From an uncultured Lachnospiraceae bacterium (GTDB lineage Bacteria; Bacillota; Clostridia; Eubacteriales; Anaerofustaceae): 53,106 bases of DNA. The stretch covers positions 1-53,106 of the forward strand of contig CAZXWI010000001.1 in the NCBI GenBank assembly GCA_964644555.1. The letters are read 5' to 3'. The translations under genes were made by a program, and so were the position numbers. A model generated the notes under the pieces. It saw only the letters and a program-made list of their open reading frames with translations, was not told where the DNA came from and did not search any database. Position 1 is the first letter of the stretch. Every line of letters starts with the position of its first letter. Of this stretch, positions 45,078 to 53,106 are shown piece after piece.

Positions 45078-46748
45078 TCAGGAATTTTCCTGCTGAATTC
45101 TGTTAAGTTCGTGCATTATTTCCGACTGTGTGCCAAAATAATCATGCACCTTGCAATATATTTCGTATAATTTGTCATACAAAACCACATTTTCTTCAAT
45201 CGGTTTGTATTTAATTATATTACCTCTTACCAAAGCCTTTTGAGCATCTTCAAAGCTGTCGAAACCACCGTTTTCACTCCCCAAAGCCACTGCCGCACAT
45301 ACGCAAGCACCGAGGGATGCGGAATTTTCTATTTGAGGAACGATTATTTCCTTATTTAGGATATCGGCATACACCTGCATTATGAAACTGCTTTTTAAAG
45401 GCAGCCCCCCGGCTCCGTAGACTTCGGATATATGTACTCCCGCATTTTCATGAGAATCGAATATTCTTCGTGCGTTAAAAGCCGTAGCCTCCACAAATGC
45501 TCGATAGACTTCTTCGCACTTGGTTTGTAAATTCATTCCCACAACCATTCCGCTTAAATCATAATCCATAAGCACACTTCGATTGCCGTTTAACCAATCG
45601 AGAGCAACAAGACCGCTTTGCCCTACTTTGAGTTTTTGCGCCTTGTCATTTAACAGGCTGAGCAGACTGATATTCTTCTCTTCAGCTTCTTTTTTATATT
45701 CGTATGAAGCCAAATTTTCGGCAAACCATGCAAACACATCGCCCACTGCCGGCTGACCCGTTTCATAAGCATAAAATCCGGGGATCATTCCGTCTTTAAC
45801 AACGGCACAAAGTCCGTCAAACACTTTTTTTTCATGGTAGAGCATTTGATAGCATGTGGAAGTACCCATTGCCATTATCATACTGCCCGATTTATGTACT
45901 CCCAGTCCACAAGAGGCAACTTCGGAGTCACCATGACCTACGCTGACAACTGTGTCGGAAGATAATCCCAAATAATGCGCCATGTCCTGAGTAAGATGCC
46001 CTGCTGCTGTTCCAACGGATTTTATCTCTCCTCTGAGCTTACCCCTAAGAGCCGTACCGAATCCGGGGCAAAGTTTATTAAAGAATTCTTCACTCGGGAA
46101 GCCTCTTTCTTCGCTGTAGAAAGCATTAACTCCCAATATGGCGGAAGAACGCACGATATTGCCCGTTAAAGCATACACCATGTAATCGGTGGCATCCATA
46201 TACACATCGGTTGCTGAAAAAATTTCTTCATCTTCGCAGTACACCTGCATAAGTTTAGGGAAAAACCATTCGGAAGAAACATTTCTGCCGTATTCCAAAA
46301 ACCACTCCACATTCTCACGAAGCATATATTCTTCAATAAGAGAAGCGTATTTCTGAGCGGCATGATGTTTCCACAGTTTCACCCAACTATGCGGATTACT
46401 GCGGTATTTCTCGTTTTCAGACATAGGGCTACCCGATTTATCAACGGCAACCACCGTGCAATTGGTAAAGTCTATCCCAAGAGCTAAAATATCCTTTGAG
46501 GTAATATCGGTTGATGAAAACATATCTTCAATAAGTTTACGGCACACGAACAGATAGTCGCTTGCATCTTGCAAAAACCAATTATCGGACATGAGCTTTT
46601 TACCGCATGGCAACTCACCGCTTATTACACCCGACGGATAATCGCATGATTTTGTATATGCTACATTTCCGCTTATCAAATCTGCGGCAATGATACGGCA
46701 CGAGAGTGTACCGTAATCGAATCCGAGGACGTACTTGCTTTTACTCAT
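45078..46748 (-). CDS. FGGY-family carbohydrate kinase, ribulokinase (AraB)-like
   Basis: GFDYGTLSCR N-terminus, SSEWFFPKLMQV and ALDWLNGNRS blocks that resemble E. coli AraB as recalled from memory. Start set at the MSKSKY ATG (46748). Confidence 0.8.
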   Translation of the reverse strand: MSKSKYVLGFDYGTLSCRIIAADLISGNVAYTKSCDYPSGVISGELPCGKKLMSDNWFLQDASDYLFVCRKLIEDMFSSTDITSKDILALGIDFTNCTVVAVDKSGSPMSENEKYRSNPHSWVKLWKHHAAQKYASLIEEYMLRENVEWFLEYGRNVSSEWFFPKLMQVYCEDEEIFSATDVYMDATDYMVYALTGNIVRSSAILGVNAFYSEERGFPSEEFFNKLCPGFGTALRGKLRGEIKSVGTAAGHLTQDMAHYLGLSSDTVVSVGHGDSEVASCGLGVHKSGSMIMAMGTSTCYQMLYHEKKVFDGLCAVVKDGMIPGFYAYETGQPAVGDVFAWFAENLASYEYKKEAEEKNISLLSLLNDKAQKLKVGQSGLVALDWLNGNRSVLMDYDLSGMVVGMNLQTKCEEVYRAFVEATAFNARRIFDSHENAGVHISEVYGAGGLPLKSSFIMQVYADILNKEIIVPQIENSASLGACVCAAVALGSENGGFDSFEDAQKALVRGNIIKYKPIEENVVLYDKLYEIYCKVHDYFGTQSEIMHELNRIQQENS

Positions 46749-46770
46749 ATATATTAGTTCGCTTTGTATT

Positions 46771-47583
46771 TTACAGTTTTTCTCTGAAGTTTTTAACAAC
46801 ATCCATAAATTCAACTACTCTGTCTTTGTCTACAGGGTTTTCGAATATACCGTCTTTTTTGAATGTTGTTCCTACAACAGCACCGTCTGCCGTTGATAAT
46901 TGTTTTTCGATATTGTTGAGTCTGCAACCTGTATTTGCAAATACAACGGTTGACGGAACAATCTCTTTTACCTGCTGAAGAATCTGTGTATCTGCTTCAA
47001 CACCCGCAGTAAGACCTGACACACAGAGAGCATCTGCTTTGCAGTTGAATACTGTTGATTTTGCGATATCTTTGATGTCGCGGTCTGCCAAATATCTTGC
47101 AGCTTCGGGAACAATGTTAAACAAAAGTTTTACATCGTGAGCACCGACAGCTTCTTTATGACGAGCTACTTCGCCGAAGTTTGTATTCCACAAACCGAAG
47201 TCCGATGCGTAAACGCCTGTGAATATTTCACGAACGAATTTTGCTCCTGTGGCAACAGCCAAATCTATTGAAGCGGCACCGTCCCAAAGGCAGTTAACAC
47301 CGAATGGTATTTTGATTTCGCTCATCAATTCACCGATGATACGAGCCATAGCGGCAACGGTTTCTTTTCTTACATCTGTAAGATACGGAAGACTGAATTC
47401 ATTTGAAAACATTACTGCATCAACGCCGCCTTCCTGAAGAGCCATGAAGTCCTTTGCAGCCATATCGACTACATAATTCATTCCTTTGTTTTTATCGTAT
47501 TGCGGATCTCCCGGAAGAGGCTGCAAATGGCACATTGCAACGATTGCTTTTTCAGTGCCGATAACTTCTTTTAACCAAGTCAT
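46771..47583 (-). CDS. BtpA/SgcQ-family TIM-barrel protein
   Basis: N-terminus MTWLKEVIG...AMCHLQPLPGDP is typical of the BtpA/SgcQ family. Start set at the ATG (47583), preceded by AAGGAG. Confidence 0.7.
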   Translation of the reverse strand: MTWLKEVIGTEKAIVAMCHLQPLPGDPQYDKNKGMNYVVDMAAKDFMALQEGGVDAVMFSNEFSLPYLTDVRKETVAAMARIIGELMSEIKIPFGVNCLWDGAASIDLAVATGAKFVREIFTGVYASDFGLWNTNFGEVARHKEAVGAHDVKLLFNIVPEAARYLADRDIKDIAKSTVFNCKADALCVSGLTAGVEADTQILQQVKEIVPSTVVFANTGCRLNNIEKQLSTADGAVVGTTFKKDGIFENPVDKDRVVEFMDVVKNFREKL

Positions 47584-47740
47584 TTTAATTCTCCTTGAAA
47601 ATTTATTATTAATCATTTATTAAGCATATTTTAACATTATTTTACACTCAATTCAATAATGTGAACGAGGAATAACGCAAAGAAAGACAAATAATACAAA
47701 ATTTAATTACATCCGTGTATATATCGGTTTACTGCCCAAC

Positions 47741-47759
47741 AATGCCTTTCCAAGGCATT
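47741..47759. promoter_or_regulatory. Inverted repeat upstream of the sugar operon (possible operator)
   Basis: AATGCCTT-TCC-AAGGCATT, about 160 nt upstream of the BtpA/SgcQ start codon. Confidence 0.3.
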
Positions 47760-47826
47760 ATGCGACATTTAACGCATTGACAATGTATTGTGCTTTCGGC
47801 AGATAAAATGTTTTAAATACCAACTA

Positions 47827-47874
47827 AAATAAAAAAATCTTCGTATATTCGAAATAGCCATTATATACGAAGAT
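47827..47874 (-). terminator. Intrinsic terminator
   Basis: 12-bp stem ATCTTCGTATAT/ATATACGAAGAT. On the minus strand it is followed by TTTTTTTATTTT. Confidence 0.8.
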
Positions 47875-47956
47875 GCTATATTTATGAATTGATATTCGGA
47901 AGTTTCATTTCAACTTCATCATCAAAATTAACGGGAAAAGTTACCGTAATTCGGGT

Positions 47957-48710
47957 TTACAATTTAATCTGCTCGCCGTCTATTGGTTTTATCCAATCAT
48001 TTTCATTTAAAATACCTGCAATGCCGTAAAATATCTCTTTTATATCGCTTGCATAAACAATAAATCGTGCATCACCCTCGGGGTAATAATCACCTATTCT
48101 CAGTTCGGTATCTATTTGAATATTCGTCGTATGCGGCAGTTCATCGCAGAAGGCTTCATAAATCGGCTGTCCGTCGATAATACCGTTTAATCTGTAATAT
48201 ACTCCGTTACATAATCCTCCCCTGCATAAATTTCGGCTTCTTTTATATCAAACAGCTCCTTACCCTCCGAAAAGAAAAGATATTCCACAACTCTTTCAAT
48301 TCTGCTGTCTGTGATTACTCTTTCGGTATAAGCACCGTTTTCCGGAATATATAAACACACTCCGATTTCCTCGATTTTAAGATAATACGGCTCTTTTATT
48401 TCTTTGTAAGATTTGCCGTCTACATCTTTGCTGTAGTTAAGATAAATGTTTTCGAATTTTGTGATTTTATTTACTTTATCCGTTTTTATATCAAGGGTTG
48501 CCAAGAGATATAATTTTCCTCATATGCAAGCAGCGAATAGGCATCTCCCACAAACCGTGAGAAACTCAATCTGACACTGCACTGCACATTTTCAGCTTCG
48601 TTAAACTCCTCACTTATCCATGTTTTTACCGCTTTTTTAGCCTGCATTGATTCCCATATGGTAACGACATCTTTATGGCAAATACCGATAAGACAAATAA
48701 TTATAAACAC
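47957..48710 (-). pseudogene. Hypothetical gene split over three reading frames (two -1/+2 shifts)
   Basis: Three consecutive minus-strand ORFs: 48486-48710 (GTG start), 48187-48504 (TTG start), and an ATG-less open frame 47957-48184 (GIIDGQPIYEAF...GEQIKL*). They abut or overlap and use the three frames in succession. Confidence 0.5.
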
Positions 48711-48768
48711 AACTCCGATTCTAATAGGAAATTAATATTGCTTGGATAGATTGCCGGTAAAAACCTCC

Positions 48769-48806
48769 AAATAAAAACGGCCTACCACCGCTTACACGAT
48801 GATAGG
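48769..48806 (-). terminator. Intrinsic terminator after the KH-domain gene
   Basis: Minus strand: CCTATCATCG-TGTAAG-CGGTGGTAGG (two G-U pairs) followed by CCGTTTTTATTT. Confidence 0.65.
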
Positions 48807-48817
48807 TCATCAAATTA

Positions 48818-49051
48818 CTAATCGCTTACGATATCCAAAACCACATGAATATCATTTTTAATTGCATAAGCTTTCAACACATTTCTGATAGCTTTTGCTA
48901 TTCTGCCCTGTTTGCCGATAACTTTACCCATGTCACTCGGAGCAACATGAAGCGCCAATACGGTGAGTTTGTCTTTTTTATGTTCCGTAACGGTTACTTC
49001 TTCGGGGTGGTCTACCAATGCCTGGGCAATCCCTTTAATTAGTTCTTTCAT
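48818..49051 (-). CDS. KH-domain RNA-binding protein (YlqC/UPF0109 family)
   Basis: 77 aa with the GKVIGKQGRIAKAIR GXXG KH motif. Conserved position after rpsP. Confidence 0.85.
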   Translation of the reverse strand: MKELIKGIAQALVDHPEEVTVTEHKKDKLTVLALHVAPSDMGKVIGKQGRIAKAIRNVLKAYAIKNDIHVVLDIVSD

Positions 49052-49066
49052 AGGATATCTCCTAAA

Positions 49067-49306
49067 TTACATAATTCCGTTCTTTTTGAATAATGCCTTT
49101 ACTGTATCTGTGGGCTGTGCACCGTAACCAAGCCATTTTTTAGCGAGTTCTGCATCGATTTTCACTTCTTTTTCGCCCATAGGATTGTATGAACCGATTT
49201 CTTCGATTGCGATACCATCACGCTTTGTGTTATCGTCTGCTACAACGATTCTGTAATAAGGTTTCTTTTTAGCACCCATTCTTTTGAGTCTGATTTTTAC
49301 TGCCAT
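49067..49306 (-). CDS. rpsP: 30S ribosomal protein S16
   Basis: [23 protein letters not shown]-terminus. Start moved to this ATG (49306). Confidence 0.93.
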   Translation of the reverse strand: MAVKIRLKRMGAKKKPYYRIVVADDNTKRDGIAIEEIGSYNPMGEKEVKIDAELAKKWLGYGAQPTDTVKALFKKNGIM

Positions 49307-49370
49307 TGTAAATATCCTTTCCGATTGTGATTTAATAATATGTTTTATAGCAAATGTCAATTACATTGCA

Positions 49371-50690
49371 TTACATAAAAGGAAAATTCATTTTCGAATA
49401 TTTCCTCTTATTACCTGTTGTGAAACGCTTCATCATTTTCTTTGCTTGATTAAAGCCGTTTAAGAGTTTGTTGACTTCCGTAACCGATGTGCCACTGCCC
49501 GAAGCAATTCTCTTTCTACGGGAAGCATTGATGATTTGCGGATTTTTTCTTTCCTTTACTGTCATCGACTGAATTATCGCCTTGGTATGCAAAAGCTGTT
49601 TTTCGTCAACATTTATTTTACCTAACTTATTGCCTCCGGGAAGAGCTGACATAAGCTCGTTTATGCCGCCCATTTGCTGCATTTGCTCCAGCTGAGTAAG
49701 ATAATCTTCCAAAGTAAGCTCGTTTTTGGTGATTTTTTTAGCAAGCTTTTGCTGTTCTTCCAAATCAGCAAGTTGTTCTGTTTTCTCAATGAGAGAGAGC
49801 ATATCACCCATTCCAAGAATACGCCCTGCCATTCTGTCGGGATGAAATACTTCGAATGCACCTACTTTTTCACCCGTACCTGCAAATTTGATTGGTTTCT
49901 GGGTGATATAGCTTACTGAAAGTGCCGCACCGCCTCTTGCATCGGAATCTGCTTTTGACAAGATAAATCCGGTTATGGAGAGCCTCTCATCAAATGCACT
50001 GGCCGCATCTACTGCGACTTGACCCATCATACAGTCGACCACGAACAATACTTCGCAGGGGTTAACGGCTTCATTTATTGATGTTATTTCGTCCATCAAT
50101 TCATCGTTGACATGCTGACGACCTGCCGTATCGACAATGAGTATTTCATATCCACCCTGTTTGGCTTCTTGTAAAGCCTCTTTTGCCACATCTACGGCAT
50201 TGCCGCTTGATGTAAACACATTAACTCCTATTTCTTCACCCAATATTTTGAGCTGAGAAACAGCCGCTGCCCTTTGCATATCGCAAGCGGCAAGCAAAAC
50301 TTTTTTACCTTTGCCCTTTAAAAAGTTGGCAAGTTTTGCAGCTGAGGTCGTTTTACCGGAACCTTGCACACCTGCAAGAAGAATTACCGCAGGCATTTTG
50401 CCGTCGATTCTCAGATCGACTGTTTTGCCTCCCAAGAGTTTACATAATTGCCTGTTTACTATTTTGATAACCTGCTGAGCCGGGGTCAAGCTTTTGAGTA
50501 CATCTTCTTCCAAAGCCTGCTGTTTAACATCGGCAAGAAATCTTTTTACTACTTTAAAGTTGACATCGCCCTCCAAAAGAGCCATGCGGATCTCTCTTAG
50601 TGCTTCGTCTATATCTTTTTCACTGAGTTTGCCCTTAGAACCCAATTTCTTAAAGGTTGCCTGCAGGCGATCTCCCAAAGAATCAAACAT
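49371..50690 (-). CDS. ffh: Signal recognition particle protein Ffh
   Basis: N domain, SRP54 GTPase (GVQGSGKTT, DTAGR) and a Met-rich M domain. Confidence 0.95.
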   Translation of the reverse strand: MFDSLGDRLQATFKKLGSKGKLSEKDIDEALREIRMALLEGDVNFKVVKRFLADVKQQALEEDVLKSLTPAQQVIKIVNRQLCKLLGGKTVDLRIDGKMPAVILLAGVQGSGKTTSAAKLANFLKGKGKKVLLAACDMQRAAAVSQLKILGEEIGVNVFTSSGNAVDVAKEALQEAKQGGYEILIVDTAGRQHVNDELMDEITSINEAVNPCEVLFVVDCMMGQVAVDAASAFDERLSITGFILSKADSDARGGAALSVSYITQKPIKFAGTGEKVGAFEVFHPDRMAGRILGMGDMLSLIEKTEQLADLEEQQKLAKKITKNELTLEDYLTQLEQMQQMGGINELMSALPGGNKLGKINVDEKQLLHTKAIIQSMTVKERKNPQIINASRRKRIASGSGTSVTEVNKLLNGFNQAKKMMKRFTTGNKRKYSKMNFPFM

Positions 50691-50702
50691 GGATATCTCC
50701 CA

Positions 50703-51020
50703 TTATATATTTTCTGTAAGTTTATCTACGAGCTGTTGTATACGCAAATTGCCTTCCGACAGCACTTTTATTTCTTCAAGCATTCTTTTGTTTTCGAGAT
50801 ATCGATCAAACAGGTTAAGCTTTTCATCATAATTCAAAAGCAAATTTTCGCTGCGTTTTACCAAGTCAAAAGCAGCCTGTCGGGATATATCTTCAACCTT
50901 TGCTATCTCGCTAAACGACATATCTTCGTTTAGGTACATATTAAGGATATCCTGCTGTTTTTGGGTGAGCAATCCACCGTATATATCAGCCAAATATGTT
51001 AATTTAAATCGCTTGTCCAT
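50703..51020 (-). CDS. ylxM: YlxM/UPF0122 putative DNA-binding protein
   Basis: 105 aa with a sigma-70 region-4-like HTH (MSFSEIAKVEDISRQAAFDLVKR). Conserved position upstream of ffh. Confidence 0.85.
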   Translation of the reverse strand: MDKRFKLTYLADIYGGLLTQKQQDILNMYLNEDMSFSEIAKVEDISRQAAFDLVKRSENLLLNYDEKLNLFDRYLENKRMLEEIKVLSEGNLRIQQLVDKLTENI

Positions 51021-51080
51021 ACAGCTTCTCCGTTATAGCTTGTGTATTTTATCATACTTACAAGGCATTGTCAAGTAATT

Positions 51081-52106
51081 TTACTTAACAATACCGAATA
51101 TTTTTGCCAGAACATTTGCATATGAGCTGCACTCGTTAAAGCATATATTTTTTATTTGATTTTCCTTTAAAAATGCGGCTTTTGCGTAGAATGTTCTGCA
51201 GTCCTCAAAGAGCAAACTATGCACAAAATTATCCTTGGTATAACGCATCCAACAAAGCTGCGAATCATCATCAAAATTTATTTTGTCTATATTATACGCA
51301 TCCGTAATTTTCTTGACATCTGCCATATTTAAATACGATATCTCGTTAGTCGCCTTATTTATATCCACAAACCGAGGGGTATAGAATACCCCCAACCTAT
51401 CGTTACCCATTAGCCAAATCAAATCCGAAACCTTTTGAACAAAACTGTCAAAATCTATGATATTCTTTTCCGTCATATAATAAACCAAATCAAAACCACT
51501 TAAATAATCACAATTTTTCATTAGGTTATATTCCATTGCCGCAAACACACCGAATCCATCGTCTTTAAGCACATTTTTGAGTTTTTTCGCTGACTCTAGT
51601 TCATCTTTTTTCTTAACGATAATAAGTACATTTTTGTACTCCTTAAACGATAAATCATTAAGAAGCATATTGATTATAAAGTCGCTTTCGTACTTTACAA
51701 TGTCGCACAGAACGAATGACGGCACTATGTTATTTACACTACACGCATTTATCGATGGATAATCATACGGTAGATTCAGTTCGTTTCTCTCATTATCCAC
51801 ATCATATCCGTCGATAAATACCTGTTTACAATCCCTTGCCCAATTATCGATAGGCACAAATGACTCATTAAGCGACTCCACCTTATTTATCATCGATAGA
51901 TTAAGCCCCTCAAATTCGAAGTAGGGACAAAGCTCGATTTCTTTCGTGATTTCGTTAAAACCGACAACTCCGCCCGAATCCACCCAAAGAGATGCATTTT
52001 CGCAAAAGGAATTGTCGACATTGTAATTCAGAATTTTCTCTATGCTCACATCATATATAAGGGAAATATCCTCAATTGTTTCGTTCTCTCTTATTATATG
52101 TATCAA
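51081..52106 (-). CDS. Hypothetical protein with LysM-like N-terminus; possible degenerate GH18-like body
   Basis: N-terminal IIRENETIEDISLIYDVSIEKILNYN resembles LysM. DGYDVDNE matches the GH18 DxxDxDxE pattern but sits unusually early, so the assignment is weak. Confidence 0.4.
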   Translation of the reverse strand: MIHIIRENETIEDISLIYDVSIEKILNYNVDNSFCENASLWVDSGGVVGFNEITKEIELCPYFEFEGLNLSMINKVESLNESFVPIDNWARDCKQVFIDGYDVDNERNELNLPYDYPSINACSVNNIVPSFVLCDIVKYESDFIINMLLNDLSFKEYKNVLIIVKKKDELESAKKLKNVLKDDGFGVFAAMEYNLMKNCDYLSGFDLVYYMTEKNIIDFDSFVQKVSDLIWLMGNDRLGVFYTPRFVDINKATNEISYLNMADVKKITDAYNIDKINFDDDSQLCWMRYTKDNFVHSLLFEDCRTFYAKAAFLKENQIKNICFNECSSYANVLAKIFGIVK

Positions 52107-52211
52107 TCTTGCTACCGCCTTTCAAAACATCTGATACAATAATATATGCAAAAAAATTTTATTTAGAAAAGTATTCTTTTTTTTGCCGATACATAGTATA
52201 ATAACAGTGTT

Positions 52212-52298
52212 GCGAATATGGCGGAATAGGCAGACGCGCATGGTTCAGGTCCATGTGGAGGCGACTCCATGCAGGTTCAACTCCTGTTATTCGCACCA
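52212..52298 (+). tRNA. tRNA-Leu (anticodon CAG), type II with long variable arm, CCA encoded
   Basis: Acceptor GCGAATA/TATTCGC, anticodon stem CATGG/CCATG with loop TTCAGGT, variable arm GGAG-GCGA-CTCC, T-loop TTCAACT, 3' ACCA. Confidence 0.9.
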
Positions 52299-52547
52299 TT
52301 TTCATTTTGGATATCTTAATTAGGAAAGCTTCTTATCAAGCTTTTCTTTTTTTAACCGTTGAACCTGCGGTTCTTCGCAGAAACTTCGTTTCCGCTCATC
52401 GGATTTATAATTGCGACTTCGCCGCATACATTATTGTGAAACTCCTGTTATTCGCACCATTTTCATTTTGGATATCTTAATTAGGAAAGCTTCTTATCAA
52501 GCTTTTCTTTTTTTAACCGTTGAACCTGCGGTTCTTCGCAGAAACTT
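52279..52547 (+). repeat. 108-bp perfect tandem direct repeat (52279-52386 and 52440-52547) covering the last 20 nt of tRNA-Leu plus its terminator
   Basis: Both copies read AACTCCTGTTATTCGCACCATTTTCATTTTGGATATCTTAATTAGGAAAGCTTCTTATCAAGCTTTTCTTTTTTTAACCGTTGAACCTGCGGTTCTTCGCAGAAACTT. They are separated by 53 unique nt. Confidence 0.9.
52324..52353 (+). terminator. Intrinsic terminator after tRNA-Leu (duplicated at 52485-52514)
   Basis: AAAGCTT-CTTATC-AAGCTTT followed by TCTTTTTTT. Confidence 0.7.
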
Positions 52548-52715
52548 TTACACTAATTCTTTACAATGGCTTTACTTTTATAATGTATAGACAAGTATTT
52601 TGTTAAGACTTCTTTCAAATCGGCAATATATTTAACACATATGTAATATTTTGATTAAATAAATGGATTTCTTATCTTCACTGTGGTATAATACACTTAA
52701 CAAAAGGAGAACATT

Positions 52716-52940
52716 ATGAAAGTACTTAAAACTGCACTGAAAACCCCCAAAGGATTTATGGGTTCATTATTAATGATAGTAGGGCTTATCTTAACATTTA
52801 TCTTGCCGAGATTCATCACATCAACCAATGTGGCAACTACGGTTGGGATTTTTACCGGACTTACATCTGTTTTGGGAGGTCATGAACTGACTCAGGCGAT
52901 AGCCATTGCCAACTACGAATGTGAAAACGATAACGAATAA
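52716..52940 (+). CDS. Small two-TM membrane protein (74 aa), function unknown
   Basis: RBS AAAGGAGAA 5 nt upstream. Two hydrophobic helices. Terminator downstream. Confidence 0.55.
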   Translation: MKVLKTALKTPKGFMGSLLMIVGLILTFILPRFITSTNVATTVGIFTGLTSVLGGHELTQAIAIANYECENDNE

Positions 52941-53007
52941 CATTATAATTTTAAGCTTTATATTGATTTATTATAATTACAATACAGCCTATATTAATAT
53001 TATGCAT

Positions 53008-53040
53008 AAAAAAACAGGTCTTGCGACCTGTTTTTGTTTT
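53008..53040. terminator. Bidirectional terminator
   Basis: AACAGGTC-TTGC-GACCTGTT flanked by AAAAA and TTTTTGTTTT. Confidence 0.75.
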
Positions 53041-53051
53041 ACGAAAGTATA

Positions 53052-53106
53052 TTACTTAACGAGTTCCTTAGCCTTAACTCCTGCTGCACCTGCATCAAGT
53101 GCGTAG
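53052..53106 (-). CDS. 3' end of an unidentified gene running off the window
   Basis: Open minus-strand frame ...YALDAGAAGVKAKELVK* with stop at 53052-53054, followed by the terminator. Too short to name. Confidence 0.4.
   Translation of the reverse strand, partial: YALDAGAAGVKAKELVK

Noticed and set aside
52253-52480. 75-aa ORF.
   Set aside because: It starts inside the tRNA-Leu gene and runs through the duplicated terminator region. It has no RBS and is explained by the non-coding repeat.
52279-52547. An integrated prophage or genomic island at tRNA-Leu.
   Set aside because: Only 53 nt separate the att-like repeats, and no integrase, excisionase or phage gene exists anywhere in the window. 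At most this is a scar (reported as a finding), not a present mobile element.
1-53106. CRISPR arrays, rRNA genes, IS elements and toxin-antitoxin or other defence-system signatures.
   Set aside because: No regularly spaced short repeats, no rRNA-like sequence, and no transposase, integrase, nuclease or defence-type ORFs were seen on either strand. The only sizeable DNA repeat is the tRNA-Leu-associated duplication.

Overview
AT-rich, gene-dense chromosomal segment with about 48 CDS and one tRNA. I found no rRNA, CRISPR array, transposase or integrase. The gene content (dapA-dapB, murE, lplA, ylxM-ffh-rpsP-KH, ECF and MATE transporters, C11 peptidase, Hyd-type maturases) fits an anaerobic low-GC Firmicute, probably Clostridia; this is inferred from content only. 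Most genes are on the minus strand in tightly packed operons separated by recognisable hairpin terminators.

The main finding is a nine-gene, translationally coupled minus-strand operon at about 31.0-40.2 kb. In transcription order it encodes:
- a TM1266-type small sensor/regulator protein
- a FecCD/BtuC-type permease
- an ABC ATPase with a second TM1266-type domain fused to its C-terminus
- a HydE-like radical SAM enzyme
- a NifH-like ATPase
- two nitrogenase component-1-like subunits (D-like and K-like)
- a BtuF/FhuD-type lipoprotein
- a HydF-type GTPase

The operon follows a leader that can fold into mutually exclusive terminator and antiterminator hairpins. The window contains no hydA, hydG, nifB/E/N or bch genes. 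I read this as a candidate uncharacterised nitrogenase-like reductase system coupled to import of a metal chelate or tetrapyrrole-like compound.

Other items worth a second look:
- a paralogous BtuFCD-type importer operon (11.4-16.3 kb) with a cytoplasmic ModA-like protein, a SAM methyltransferase and a long terminator-containing leader
- a GH1 glycosidase with an acidic repeat tail of about 320 aa
- an XRE-HTH fused to an AlaA-type aminotransferase
- a MocR/PdxR-type regulator divergent from an ECF S component
- a CUT2 sugar ABC operon with an AraB-like kinase and a BtpA/SgcQ protein
- a gene split over three reading frames
- a 108-bp tandem duplication of the 3' end of tRNA-Leu plus its terminator

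All calls rest on motif recognition by eye. No database search was run.
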